From Deferribacterales bacterium (GTDB taxonomy: Bacteria; Chrysiogenota; Deferribacteres; Deferribacterales; Geovibrionaceae): a stretch of 64,000 bases of DNA. Location of the stretch: NCBI GenBank assembly GCA_050251945.1, contig JBFWLW010000010.1:1-64000 (forward strand). Direction: 5' to 3'. The translations under genes were made by a program, and so were the position numbers. Shown in pieces: positions 26,352-36,317 of the stretch (within the stretch, counting starts at the first letter, position 1; each line of letters begins with the position of its first letter). Below the pieces are notes generated by a model. It was given only the letters and a program-made list of their open reading frames with translations, was not told the origin of the DNA and did no database searches.

Positions 26352-27116
26352 ATGGGCGAAAAGAAGTGTCCCGAATGTAAACCGGGTTCCCCGCTTTGGA
26401 TGTCAACCTTTACGGATATGAACCAGCTTCTGCTGACGTTCTTCATCCTGCTGCTCTCCATGGCGTCCATGGATCAGAGAAAGATTAAAGTTGCTCTCGG
26501 TTCGCTGCAGGGTTCGCTCGGTGTACTTAAAGAAGGCTCACAGACGGAGTTTACGAAAGACGACATTATGTCGCGTCTGTCGTTTGTGAAGAATGTCCAA
26601 TCAATGAAAAACAAATTAAGCGAAAATATAAAGACATACGCTCAGCAGGCAAACCTGCAGCAGAACGTTACCGTGTCAGAATCCAAAAAAGGCGTCGCAG
26701 TACGCATAATGGATTCCTCACTGTTTGCGCCCGGAACCGCGGACATAAAACCTGAGGCGTACCCGCTTCTGGATAAGTTCGCCGCAGTTATTTCTGAATC
26801 ACCTTTTAACGTTGTTATCGAGGGGCATACCGACGATTTGCCCATTACCACTGCTCAGTATCCCACAAACTGGGAACTTTCAACTGCAAGAGCGGTCAAC
26901 GTTGTAAAGTACTTTGTAAACAAAGGTGTCGATGCGCAAAAGCTTTCCGCATCCGGCTACGGGTCGTACCATCCTGTTACACCGAACATAAGCCCCGAAA
27001 GCCGTGCGAAGAACAGGCGCGTTGAAATCAACTTTGTCAGCCCGGAATTGGCAGAGTCTAACAAAAATCTGTTTGATGCCGAGGAAGAGGCACAGGCGAC
27101 ACAAGGAGGAAGGTAA
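26352..27116 (+). CDS. motB: Flagellar stator protein MotB
   Basis: WMSTFTDMNQLLLTFFILL, OmpA-like EGHTD, NWELSTARA and NRRVEI. Confidence 0.95.
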   Translation: MGEKKCPECKPGSPLWMSTFTDMNQLLLTFFILLLSMASMDQRKIKVALGSLQGSLGVLKEGSQTEFTKDDIMSRLSFVKNVQSMKNKLSENIKTYAQQANLQQNVTVSESKKGVAVRIMDSSLFAPGTADIKPEAYPLLDKFAAVISESPFNVVIEGHTDDLPITTAQYPTNWELSTARAVNVVKYFVNKGVDAQKLSASGYGSYHPVTPNISPESRAKNRRVEINFVSPELAESNKNLFDAEEEAQATQGGR

Positions 27117-27628
27117 TGGCCGCAGAAGAAGAGAAAAACGCCGAAGAGGGCGGTAAGAAGAAGAAAGGCGGGAAGCTTAAGCTTATTATAATAGTCGTGG
27201 TGCTGTTTATAATTCTCGGCGGAGGCGGTTTTCTTGCTTATAAACTGTTTCAGGCTCCTAAAGACGCAGAGGCAGGCGCAGAAGTCGCTAAAAAAGAGGT
27301 TACTGCCGCGCCCACAAACGAGGTGGGAGCTCTTTATCCTCTCGAGACCTTCATCGTCAATATGGCGGACAACGACGGTTCAAGATATCTGAAAGTTACA
27401 GTTCAGCTTGAACTGGACAAGACCGAAAAACTGAAAGAGGAGCTGGACAAGCGCGTTCCGCAGCTTCGCGATGCAATACTCACAATTTTGTCTGCAAAGA
27501 CTTATGAAGAGGTAAGCTCAGCGCAGGGCAAACTTATTCTTAAACAGGAAATACTCCGGAGGCTGAACTCTCTGCTTCCGTTCGGACAGATAACAAATAT
27601 CTATTTCACAGAATTTGTGGCACAGTAG
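27116..27628 (+). CDS. fliL: Flagellar basal-body protein FliL
   Basis: Single N-terminal TM helix; FIVNMAD, PQLRDAIL and IYFTEFVAQ. Confidence 0.95.
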   Translation: MAAEEEKNAEEGGKKKKGGKLKLIIIVVVLFIILGGGGFLAYKLFQAPKDAEAGAEVAKKEVTAAPTNEVGALYPLETFIVNMADNDGSRYLKVTVQLELDKTEKLKEELDKRVPQLRDAILTILSAKTYEEVSSAQGKLILKQEILRRLNSLLPFGQITNIYFTEFVAQ

Positions 27629-27633
27629 GAAAT

Positions 27634-27921
27634 ATGAAAGATACTCACATTGCCAAACACGAATTCGGAGAGGTTCTTTTCGACATTAAGGTCGAGCTCG
27701 GACGCAAGATGGTGAAAGTCCGCGAGCTTCTGGGCTGGGAAAAGGGAACCATACTGAAATTCAACAAAACGTCCGGCGAACCCGTGGATTTCCTCGTGAA
27801 CGGAAAACCGCTGGCGCTTGGCGAGATAATGGTTCTGGATGACAAATTTGCCATCCGTATCACAGAGATACTGGACAAACAGAAACTTACTGAGATGTAT
27901 AAGAATGGCATGTACCGTTAG
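27634..27921 (+). CDS. fliN: Flagellar C-ring protein FliN (SPOA domain)
   Basis: VELGRK, GEPVDFLVNG and GEIMVLDDKFAIRITEI. Confidence 0.88.
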   Translation: MKDTHIAKHEFGEVLFDIKVELGRKMVKVRELLGWEKGTILKFNKTSGEPVDFLVNGKPLALGEIMVLDDKFAIRITEILDKQKLTEMYKNGMYR

Positions 27922-28693
27922 ATATTTCCTGACAGCGATGCTGTTTCTGGTCAGCTTAACCGCCAATGCGGCGCATCTGACATATGAGATAGACGACGCG
28001 GGGCTCAGGATACAGGTTGATTTTGATCAGGGGTATTCCAATGTGAATACCCTTAAACTTGACAAGAGCTTCGTGGTCAGCTTTGAAACTCCGGAACCCG
28101 TCGTGTTCCAGCAGGAGTTTTGGGATATGCCCGTGGAGAAGCTGTTTGTCACATCCGATGACACAAGAAAAAGGCTTATCACTGATTTTGCCGGAGAGCT
28201 TGTGGTGCCGGAGATAGTTTCCCAGCCGAAACAGCTTAAAATAACCTATTCATTCCCGAAGGTGCAGAAAACCTCAGACCCTGTTGTGGGTACGCAGGCG
28301 TATGCAAGGATGATATGGGGTCTGCTCATTATCCTTGCGGTTATGCTTACTATCTTCTGGGCTTTCAGAAAATATTTCAAAAGACAGGTGTTCACCGATA
28401 TCCCCGGCACAGGAAGACTTCTGGGGAAAGCGGATATCGACCTGCGCAAAAGCCTTTATTTTTACGAAATAGACAACAAAATATACATTCTGGGAGTCAC
28501 CGACACTTCCATGAACCTTATTGATAAGGTTTCGGAAGAGGACGAAGTGACCCGTATCAAGGCGGGATTTACCAAGAAGACCGAATTTGTGAACTATATG
28601 AAGTTCTTCAAGAAGAACCCGGGAGTAAAAGACGAGGTGGAGATCTCCAGAAACTCCATTTCGGAGAGGTTGAAGTCATTAAGAAAGCGCTGA
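27905..28693 (+). CDS. fliO: Flagellar export protein FliO/FliZ with an N-terminal periplasmic extension
   Basis: Signal peptide, TM helix and KIYILGVTDTSMNLI; lies between fliN and fliP. Start approximate. Confidence 0.75.
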   Translation: MACTVRYFLTAMLFLVSLTANAAHLTYEIDDAGLRIQVDFDQGYSNVNTLKLDKSFVVSFETPEPVVFQQEFWDMPVEKLFVTSDDTRKRLITDFAGELVVPEIVSQPKQLKITYSFPKVQKTSDPVVGTQAYARMIWGLLIILAVMLTIFWAFRKYFKRQVFTDIPGTGRLLGKADIDLRKSLYFYEIDNKIYILGVTDTSMNLIDKVSEEDEVTRIKAGFTKKTEFVNYMKFFKKNPGVKDEVEISRNSISERLKSLRKR

Positions 28694-29424
28694 TACTTAT
28701 ACCATTACTTCTGATACCCTTCACCGGAGTTCTGGCGGCGGATCCGGTTCCGTTTCCCGCATTCCGTTTCGGCATGGAGCAGGCGGCAAGCCCGCAGGAT
28801 GTTTCCGTCACTTTGCAGCTGGTCTTCTTTCTGACGATAATTTCCCTTGCGCCGTCGATACTTATACTTATGACATCGTTCACGCGCATAATAATAGTGT
28901 TTTCGCTTTTGAGAACTGCGATGGGAACCACAACAGTGCCGCCCAGTCAGGTTCTGGTGGGTCTGGCGCTCATTCTTACGTTTTATATCATGCAGCCGGT
29001 GTTCAACGAGGCATACACGAAGGGCTACCAGCCGTATATGGCGGGGCAGATAACCTTCGGAGAGATGCTGGCACAGGCGAAACAGCCACTTAGAAAATTC
29101 ATGCTCAAAAATACCAGAAAGAAGGACGTGCGAACCTTCATAGAGATAAGCAACCAGCCCAGACCGAAATCAGCGGCGGATATCCCTGACACTGTTCTTG
29201 TGGCATCGTTTGTTGTGAGCGAGCTTACAACTGCCTTCCAGATGGGATTTCTGATATTTCTGCCGTTTCTCATCATCGACTTTGTGGTGGCGAGCGTTCT
29301 GCTTGCCATGGGTATGATGATGCTTCCGCCTGCGATGGTTTCGCTGCCGTTTAAAATAATGCTGTTCATACTTGTTGACGGGTGGGGACTCATTGTTACA
29401 TCGCTCGTCAAAAGCTTCTGGTGA
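28678..29424 (+). CDS. fliP: Flagellar export gate protein FliP (probable ATT start)
   Basis: MTSFTRIIIV, PPSQVL, ELTTAFQMG, MMMLPP and LVDGW. The upstream in-frame signal peptide begins ATT AAG AAA. Confidence 0.93.
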   Translation: MKKALILIPLLLIPFTGVLAADPVPFPAFRFGMEQAASPQDVSVTLQLVFFLTIISLAPSILILMTSFTRIIIVFSLLRTAMGTTTVPPSQVLVGLALILTFYIMQPVFNEAYTKGYQPYMAGQITFGEMLAQAKQPLRKFMLKNTRKKDVRTFIEISNQPRPKSAADIPDTVLVASFVVSELTTAFQMGFLIFLPFLIIDFVVASVLLAMGMMMLPPAMVSLPFKIMLFILVDGWGLIVTSLVKSFW

Positions 29425-29430
29425 TAACCT

Positions 29431-29703
29431 ATGACACCCGATTTAGTAATCGACATGCTTACAAAAGCTTTGCAGCTTTCACTGCTGATCGCGTCGCCCA
29501 TGCTCCTTTTCGGGCTTGTGATCGGTCTCATAATCAGTATCTTCCAGTCCGTTACGCAGATTCAGGAGATGACACTTACCTTCATCCCTAAAATAATCGG
29601 CGTTATCGTGGCTGTTATGCTGTTCGCGCCATGGATGCTTGATCAGATAATGACATACACCATCCAGCTTTTCGGCAACCTTCATAATTACATAGGAAAG
29701 TGA
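29431..29703 (+). CDS. fliQ: Flagellar export protein FliQ
   Basis: ISIFQSVTQIQEMTLTFIPKI. Confidence 0.97.
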   Translation: MTPDLVIDMLTKALQLSLLIASPMLLFGLVIGLIISIFQSVTQIQEMTLTFIPKIIGVIVAVMLFAPWMLDQIMTYTIQLFGNLHNYIGK

Positions 29704-29704
29704 T

Positions 29705-31030
29705 ATGAAACGTTTTCTGTTGTGCCTGCTGCTGTTCTCTTTCGGGGCTTATGCCGCGGAAAGGGCTGTGGTGCGGATGCCGGACACGCCGGACGATATG
29801 TATTCGTCCAGCCATGCGCTTGTGATAGGCGTTTCGGACTATAACGGCGGCTGGCCTAAACTCCCAGGGGTCAGACAGGATGCGGATGCGGTTGCGGCGG
29901 CACTCACTGCGGAGGGATTTAATGTCAGACGTTCCGCAAACCCCACTGCACAGGATATCAGAACTGCCGTGGACGATTTCATATCGAGATACGCTGAAGA
30001 TCCGAAGGCGAGGATACTCATATATTTCGCGGGACACGGACACACCATAGACGGCACCGGATACGTTGTCGGACGGGATGCAAAAGACCCTGCGAAGGAT
30101 GTTAACGGATTTAAAAAAGGCGCACTTACAATAGATTATTTTGCATCAAGAGCAAAAACTATGGATTCCAGACACGGGCTTTTCGTTTTCGACAGTTGTT
30201 TTTCCGGTACGGTCTTCAAAGCGCTCCGGTCTATTCCCGATTTCAAGGCGGAGATGCTCTCAAGACCGGCAAGGGAATTCATAGCGTCGGGTACCGAAAA
30301 TCAACAGGTTCCTGACGACAGTGTGTTCCGTAAGCGGTTCATAGACGGCATCAACGGCTATGCAGACGCGAACGGCGACGGACTTGTTACGGGAAGCGAG
30401 CTTGGGCAGTTCGTACAGAATGAGGTGTCGGACTATTCAGCAGGCACGCAGACCCCTGTTTACGGCAAACTGTCCGGAAGTGACGGTGAGTTTCTCTTTT
30501 TCAGAGGCAAATCACAGCAGACAGTTTCCGCTCCTGCTCCCGCGGCGGACGGTGAAAAAGAACAGCTTCTTGCCGTGATACGCAGAAGCCCCGGCTCTAT
30601 AGAAGCTAACAACGCACTGAAAAGACTGCGCGAGATAGACGATTCGCTGAAAAACCAGCCTCCGGTGACTGCTCCGGAGCGAAAAGACAGAGTTACGACG
30701 GTGACATCCACAGTTATCTATAACCGACCCGACAGAGATTATCCGTTCGTCGTGATAGCCCCTGTAACAGCATACGTAGGCGGACACAGAATAACGGCGG
30801 CTTTCTCTGTTGAGGCGTTAAACGGCAACGGATACAGAAATCTGCTGAACAGAAAAGAGATGCTTCGTTCCGTTATGGGACACAGAATAGAAGAGGCGGG
30901 GATAACACGAAACGACAGTATGTCGGCTGTGAGGCGGAAAGTTAAGGATGCCGCAGCGAAGGCGATGAACTTTGCATGTCCTAATTGCGGACGATATGCT
31001 CCTGTGCTTAAGGGCTTGATGATAAGATAG
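29705..31030 (+). CDS. Secreted caspase-family (peptidase C14) protein with an extra, possibly FliL-like, C-terminal domain
   Basis: Signal peptide; ALVIGVSDY, catalytic YFAGHG and FDSCFSG; ADANGDGLVT; QTPVYG. Confidence 0.9.
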   Translation: MKRFLLCLLLFSFGAYAAERAVVRMPDTPDDMYSSSHALVIGVSDYNGGWPKLPGVRQDADAVAAALTAEGFNVRRSANPTAQDIRTAVDDFISRYAEDPKARILIYFAGHGHTIDGTGYVVGRDAKDPAKDVNGFKKGALTIDYFASRAKTMDSRHGLFVFDSCFSGTVFKALRSIPDFKAEMLSRPAREFIASGTENQQVPDDSVFRKRFIDGINGYADANGDGLVTGSELGQFVQNEVSDYSAGTQTPVYGKLSGSDGEFLFFRGKSQQTVSAPAPAADGEKEQLLAVIRRSPGSIEANNALKRLREIDDSLKNQPPVTAPERKDRVTTVTSTVIYNRPDRDYPFVVIAPVTAYVGGHRITAAFSVEALNGNGYRNLLNRKEMLRSVMGHRIEEAGITRNDSMSAVRRKVKDAAAKAMNFACPNCGRYAPVLKGLMIR

Positions 31031-31279
31031 TTATTTCTTCCCGACCAGATATTGTGCGATGGCTTTTCTTTCGCCGTTGCTTATGTCCAGTCCGAAGTTT
31101 TCCATTCTTTTGATGGTGTCGAGCCACTGGTCATAAGTCTTTTTCTTTTTCAGAGCCAGTTCGGAACCGTGGCATCTTGAACATTTGGAAATAAACAGTT
31201 CATCGGCTGGAGTTTTCGGAGCGGAACCGCAGGCTGCGCACAGTATGGCTGAAAACATCGCAAGCAAAAAAACTTTCAT
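31031..31279 (-). CDS. Small monoheme c-type cytochrome lipoprotein
   Basis: Lipobox CAAC, CSRCH heme-binding motif and WLDTIKRM. Confidence 0.8.
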   Translation of the reverse strand: MKVFLLAMFSAILCAACGSAPKTPADELFISKCSRCHGSELALKKKKTYDQWLDTIKRMENFGLDISNGERKAIAQYLVGKK

Positions 31280-31857
31280 TTTTCTCCCCTTCTGATGGAT
31301 TTTATATATTCTGCAGTTTCGGCGGAGGCGCCTTCGGAAACAATTCTGGCGGTTATCTCGTCATTATATTTCATGGCGCTGACTGTGTAGTTGTGACTGC
31401 CTATATAGGTTATATTACCATCTATTACTGTTGTTTTGGCATGCAGTCGTTTCTTTTTTGAGTCGTAAACGACTTTAATCCCCGCTTTTTTCAGCTCGTC
31501 GCCTGTTTCTCTGTTTATTTTGCCCGTGATGTCTCTGCTGTTGGAATCATCCATAACAACATATATCTTAACACCGCTTTTAGCCGCTTTTATGAGTGCC
31601 TGCTTGATTATTTCAGTGTCGCCGAGCTTGAAATCAGATGTTTTGAACATGTAGATAGCCATATAGATGGACTGCTTGGCGTTCGATATGTCGTGTACAA
31701 ACACGGGAAGCAACTCTTCATTGGTCAGGATGGACACGGTGGATTCATATTCCTTTATGTCCGCCTTCAGGTTTGTATATACAAACAGGGAGACAAATAT
31801 GGCAAGTATTGAAAATAACTTAAGCCATAACTTCCTGTATTTTCTTCCAAACATCAT
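31276..31857 (-). CDS. Phospholipase D-family protein (single HKD), membrane-anchored
   Basis: HAKTTVID...GSHNYT motif and an N-terminal TM helix. Confidence 0.88.
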   Translation of the reverse strand: MMFGRKYRKLWLKLFSILAIFVSLFVYTNLKADIKEYESTVSILTNEELLPVFVHDISNAKQSIYMAIYMFKTSDFKLGDTEIIKQALIKAAKSGVKIYVVMDDSNSRDITGKINRETGDELKKAGIKVVYDSKKKRLHAKTTVIDGNITYIGSHNYTVSAMKYNDEITARIVSEGASAETAEYIKSIRRGEK

Positions 31858-32392
31858 CTTTTCCTTTTCCTGTGAGTGAGCTGAAAAGCACGAAGGATTC
31901 ACGCGGCAGATTAAGCTGTTTGCTGATTGCGGCGAGTCTGCTTGTGTTCTGGTTGTTTGACAGTTTGTCGCACTTGGTCAGCGCGATTATTGTTCTGATG
32001 TTATAGTGACTGAACCAGAACAGCATCCCAAGGTCGTCATCGTTGGGGTCGCGGCGTATGTCGAGAATAAGTACGCAGGTGGTAAGCTGACGGCGTTCTG
32101 TGAGGTAGTCCTCAATAGTCTCTGCCCATTGCTTTTTTTCTTCTTTGGAAACCTTCGCATATCCGTAGCCGGGCAGGTCGACCAGCATAATGCTGTCCTG
32201 CACAAGAAAAAAGTTTACCAGACGGGTTTTGCCGGGTGTTTTACCGACCTTCACCAGCTTGCGTGTGCCAAGCAGTGTGTTTATCATGCTGGATTTGCCC
32301 ACGTTGCTTCGTCCGCAGAACGCCACTTCGGGGAATTCTGTAACGGGATAACCTTTCGGCTCTTTCGCGGAAGTTATAAATTCAGCTTTCAT
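31820..32392 (-). CDS. engB: Ribosome biogenesis GTPase EngB/YihA/YsxC
   Basis: GRSNVGKSS, PGKT, DLPGYGYA and TKCDK. Confidence 0.96.
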   Translation of the reverse strand: MKAEFITSAKEPKGYPVTEFPEVAFCGRSNVGKSSMINTLLGTRKLVKVGKTPGKTRLVNFFLVQDSIMLVDLPGYGYAKVSKEEKKQWAETIEDYLTERRQLTTCVLILDIRRDPNDDDLGMLFWFSHYNIRTIIALTKCDKLSNNQNTSRLAAISKQLNLPRESFVLFSSLTGKGKDDVWKKIQEVMA

Positions 32393-33236
32393 GTATCACT
32401 CCTATTTCGTGGAGGAAATCCATTGTGCCGAAATCAAAATCGAACGAAAATCCGGCTGCGTTCTTATGTCCGCCTCCGCCGTTCTGTTCCGCCAGTTTCC
32501 GCACGTCCACGGCAGGGCGGGAACGGAGAGACACCTTGCGTCTCTGCATGTTTATGATAATGACGTAATCCATTTCAAGGTCTTTTATAATGTGGTTTCC
32601 CAGTTCGGAACTGTACTCCTCTGCGAAGACCACGAAGAAATCCAGTCCCTGAGCGTCTTTCATGGAGAATCCGGATTTTGATGCAGAGTGGATATATTTA
32701 TCTCTGCGCTCTGTCTCAAGCTCAACGACTATCTGTTCGTCGCTGTTGAAGCCGTTGTACGGTCTGCGGGCGAATCTCTCCATATAGCGCTCAACGCCCA
32801 GTTTCATGAACAGCATGTTCATCTGGAGGCTGTCCTTGCGTTTCAGATGCCACATGTCGAAATCGTTCACGCACTCCGCAAGTTCGCGGTAGGGTTCGAC
32901 GTCCTTTCCCATATCTTTCAGCCATTCAAAAGTAAGCAGAGTTGCGGATTTTTTTATGTCATGTATGCATTCGGTCATCTCGGTGAGCCAGACTGAGGAC
33001 TCGTGGTGGTCGATGATGATCATCTCAATCTCACCCAGAAGTCTTTCAAAGGCGCGTTTGCCGGGAGACATATCGGTTATGAGTATTCTTTCATACTCGG
33101 AGGTGTTCACCTCGGCGAGTATCTGGTCTATCTCGTTATAGTTACAGAAAATGTTGTCAACTTCCCGCAGAAATTTCTTTGTGAGAACGCCGCATGTAAC
33201 GCCGTCCAGATCGTTGTGTGAAATGTGTAAAAGCAT
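32382..33236 (-). CDS. DHH/DHHA1 phosphoesterase (NrnB-like)
   Basis: HNDLDG, IDHH, SLRS and GGGHKNAAG. Confidence 0.9.
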   Translation of the reverse strand: MLLHISHNDLDGVTCGVLTKKFLREVDNIFCNYNEIDQILAEVNTSEYERILITDMSPGKRAFERLLGEIEMIIIDHHESSVWLTEMTECIHDIKKSATLLTFEWLKDMGKDVEPYRELAECVNDFDMWHLKRKDSLQMNMLFMKLGVERYMERFARRPYNGFNSDEQIVVELETERRDKYIHSASKSGFSMKDAQGLDFFVVFAEEYSSELGNHIIKDLEMDYVIIINMQRRKVSLRSRPAVDVRKLAEQNGGGGHKNAAGFSFDFDFGTMDFLHEIGVIHES

Positions 33237-33656
33237 CTATTCCCCGATTATCTTAACAAGAACTCTTTTCTTTCTTCTGCCGTCAAACTCACCGTAGAAG
33301 ATGCTCTCCCACGGTCCGAAATCAAGCCTTCCCTCTGTAACGGCCACAACTACCTCTCGCCCCATTATCTGGCGCTTGTGGTGTGCGTCTCCGTTGTCTT
33401 CGCCCGTGCGGTTGTGTCTGTACAGGCTTAAGGGTTCGTGTGGTGCCAGTTTTTCCAGCCAGTCCTTATAGTCCTGATGAAGTCCTGACTCGTTATCGTT
33501 TATGAAGACCGAAGCGGTTATGTGCATGGCGTTCACCAGACACAACCCCTCTTTTATGCCGCTTTCGCGGAGACATTCCTCCACATCGCGGGTTATGTTC
33601 ACGAATTCCATCCTTGCTGATGTGTTGAACCACAATTCCTTTCTATATGACTTCAT
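33237..33656 (-). CDS. yjbQ: YjbQ/UPF0047 family protein
   Basis: HITASV, DAHHK and [13 protein letters not shown]. Confidence 0.9.
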   Translation of the reverse strand: MKSYRKELWFNTSARMEFVNITRDVEECLRESGIKEGLCLVNAMHITASVFINDNESGLHQDYKDWLEKLAPHEPLSLYRHNRTGEDNGDAHHKRQIMGREVVVAVTEGRLDFGPWESIFYGEFDGRRKKRVLVKIIGE

Positions 33657-33693
33657 AGTTATAAACTAACAGGAATCTTTTATTATTGAAAGG

Positions 33694-33921
33694 TTATTTT
33701 CTGAAAAACAGGTTCAGTATGATGGTAATGATCACGCTTACGACTATCGACGTGACTATAGGGAAATGGAGTGAGAAATTCTCCCTGCGGATGTTGATAT
33801 CGCCGGGGAGCCTGCCCAGATTAATACCGCCGAATTTGGACAGCAGGAGCATTGCCGCTCCTGCCGCCGCTATTATTATGCCAGCAATTATCAGAAATCT
33901 TGCGATATCGTTTGTCTGCAA
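33694..33921 (-). CDS. DUF2905 small membrane protein
   Basis: LGRLPGDI...FPIVTSIVVS. Confidence 0.85.
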   Translation of the reverse strand: MQTNDIARFLIIAGIIIAAAGAAMLLLSKFGGINLGRLPGDINIRRENFSLHFPIVTSIVVSVIITIILNLFFRK

Positions 33922-33925
33922 GGTA

Positions 33926-35248
33926 TTACACGCCTATCTGGTAATACTCGAACCCGTTCTCCGCCAGCTTTTCTTTTTTGTACTGGTTTCTTCCATCGAA
34001 AATAACTGGGTTTATGAGTGATTTTTTTATCTCTTCAAAGTCGGGGCTTCTGAACTCTTTCCACTCGGTTATGAGTATCATGGCGTCAGCACCCTGAAGA
34101 GCGGTATATTTGCTGTCTACGTATTCAACCGCGTCGTTGCCTTTCAGATAGCAGACCTTTGCCTCATGTACGGCTTTGGGGTCGTATGCCTTTATCTTTG
34201 CACCGAGTGCTGTGAGTTCATTGATGATGGTGATGGAAGCGGCTTCGCGCATGTCGTCTGTTTCGGGTTTGAAAGAGAGACCCCAAACGGCGAATGTCCT
34301 GCCTTTAAGGTCGCTTCCGAAACGCTTGATAACTTTCTGAACTATGACCTTTTTCTGCGCGTAGTTCACGTCCTCGACGGCGTTGAGTATCTTGGGTTCA
34401 TACCCGTTGTTTTTCGCAGAGCGTATTAGCGCCTGTACGTCTTTTGGGAAACAGCTTCCGCCGTATCCGCAACCGGGATAGATGAAGCTGTAGCCTATTC
34501 TGGAGTCGCTGCCTATGCCGCGGCGCACTTTGTTAACGTCCGCGCCGACCTTTTCGCATATGTTTGATATTTCGTTGATGAAGGATATTTTTGTTGCGAG
34601 CATTGCGTTTGCCGCATATTTCGTCATCTCCGCGGAACGGATGTCCATGTCGATGAATCTTTCGTGGTTAACCGTGAAGGGTGCATAGAGTTCGCGCATG
34701 ACATCAAGCGCTTCGTTGTTGTCAGCACCGACAACGACTCTGTCGGGTTTCATGAAGTCGGATACCGCCGCGCCCTCTTTAAGGAATTCGGGGTTTGATA
34801 TAATGTCGAAAGTGAGGTTGCTTCCGCGTTTTTTAAGTGCTGCGGAAACGGTTTCGCGCACTTTGTCCGCAGTGCCGACGGGAACGGTTGATTTGTCTAT
34901 GATGTACATGTGTTTATCCATGTACTGACCGATGCTGTCCGCAACGCGCAGGACGTATTGAAGATCGGCGCTTCCGTCCTCGCCCATGGGGGTTCCCACT
35001 GCGATAAAGCAGATGTTGGATTTTACGAGGGCTTCTTCAATCTTTGTTGTGAAAGACAGGTCGCCTGATTTCACATTATTAAGCACTACGGTATCAAGTC
35101 CCGGTTCATATATCGGGATTATCCCGTTTTTGAGGTTTTCAATCTTTTTTTCGTCAATGTCGACACAGATGACCCTGTTGCCCATTTCTGCAAAACATGC
35201 CCCTGTGACCAGTCCGACATATCCTGTCCCTATAACAGAAATATTCAT
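33926..35248 (-). CDS. ugd: UDP-glucose 6-dehydrogenase
   Basis: [24 protein letters not shown] and [10 protein letters not shown]. Confidence 0.97.
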   Translation of the reverse strand: MNISVIGTGYVGLVTGACFAEMGNRVICVDIDEKKIENLKNGIIPIYEPGLDTVVLNNVKSGDLSFTTKIEEALVKSNICFIAVGTPMGEDGSADLQYVLRVADSIGQYMDKHMYIIDKSTVPVGTADKVRETVSAALKKRGSNLTFDIISNPEFLKEGAAVSDFMKPDRVVVGADNNEALDVMRELYAPFTVNHERFIDMDIRSAEMTKYAANAMLATKISFINEISNICEKVGADVNKVRRGIGSDSRIGYSFIYPGCGYGGSCFPKDVQALIRSAKNNGYEPKILNAVEDVNYAQKKVIVQKVIKRFGSDLKGRTFAVWGLSFKPETDDMREAASITIINELTALGAKIKAYDPKAVHEAKVCYLKGNDAVEYVDSKYTALQGADAMILITEWKEFRSPDFEEIKKSLINPVIFDGRNQYKKEKLAENGFEYYQIGV

Positions 35249-36198
35249 TTAATGTCTCCTTGTTTTCTCAAGAGTTCTTCAAAGTACTTTATTGTGTGTT
35301 TAAGTCCTTCCTCAAGCTGTATCTTCGGTTCCCAGCCCAGCTCTGTTTTGGCGAGGGTGATATCGGGTTTCCTCTGCATGGGGTCGTCCTGCGGCAGAGG
35401 CTGGAATACAAGCCTGCTGCTGCTGCCTATCATATCTATGACCTTCTGCGCAAGCTGTAAAATTGTAAACTCGCCGGGGTTGCCAAGGTTAACGGGTCCC
35501 GTTAAGCCCTCTCTTGAGTTCATCATGCGGATGAAACCCTCAATGAGATCGTCGCAAAAGCAGAAGCTTCGCGTCTGGCTTCCTGTTCCGTATATGGTTA
35601 TGTCCTCGTTCTTCAGTGCCTGAACGATGAAGTTGCTCACCACGCGTCCGTCGTTGGGGTGCATTCTGGGACCGTAGGTGTTGAAGATGCGCACTACCTT
35701 TATGTCGACCTTGTGCTGGCGGTTATAATCGAAAAAGAGAGTTTCCGCACAGCGTTTTCCCTCGTCGTAACATGCTCTGATACCTATGGGGTTCACTGCG
35801 CCGCGATAAGTTTCGGGCTGGGGGTGAATTTCGGGGTCGCCGTATACTTCTGACGTTGAAGCCTGAAATATTCTCACTTTAAGCCTTTTTGCAAGACCCA
35901 GCATGTTTATTGCGCCCATTACAGACGTTTTTGTCGTCTGAACCGGGTCAAACTGGTAATGCACGGGGCTTGCCGGACATGCGAGGTTGTATATCTCGTC
36001 CACTTCCACATAGAGCGGAAAAGTGATATCGTGGCGGAGAATTTCAAAGTTTTTATTATCAAGAAGATGTTTTACGTTGTCTCTTCTTCCGGTGAAGAAG
36101 TTGTCCACGCAGAGAACTTCGTGTCCGTCTTTAAGGAGTCTGTCGCAAAGATGGCTGCCAAGGAAACCGGAGCCGCCGGTGACAAGTATTCTTTTCAT
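35245..36198 (-). CDS. UDP-glucuronate decarboxylase (UDP-xylose synthase)
   Basis: [33 protein letters not shown] and RIFNTYGP. Confidence 0.95.
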   Translation of the reverse strand: MKRILVTGGSGFLGSHLCDRLLKDGHEVLCVDNFFTGRRDNVKHLLDNKNFEILRHDITFPLYVEVDEIYNLACPASPVHYQFDPVQTTKTSVMGAINMLGLAKRLKVRIFQASTSEVYGDPEIHPQPETYRGAVNPIGIRACYDEGKRCAETLFFDYNRQHKVDIKVVRIFNTYGPRMHPNDGRVVSNFIVQALKNEDITIYGTGSQTRSFCFCDDLIEGFIRMMNSREGLTGPVNLGNPGEFTILQLAQKVIDMIGSSSRLVFQPLPQDDPMQRKPDITLAKTELGWEPKIQLEEGLKHTIKYFEELLRKQGDIK

Positions 36199-36317
36199 TT
36201 AACCTTCCGCATTAAAATATAAAAAAATATCTTAGCATAAACGGCGGAGATAAAAAAGAGGTGAAAAAAAAGGGCGGGTGAAAAAACACCAGCCCTCCAT
36301 AGTCGTCAGGATACTTA

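Noticed and set aside
31276..31857. PLD plus caspase as an anti-phage defence island
   Set aside because: The genes are on opposite strands, both have export or membrane signals, they sit in housekeeping or flagellar operons with host-like composition, and no defence partners are nearby.
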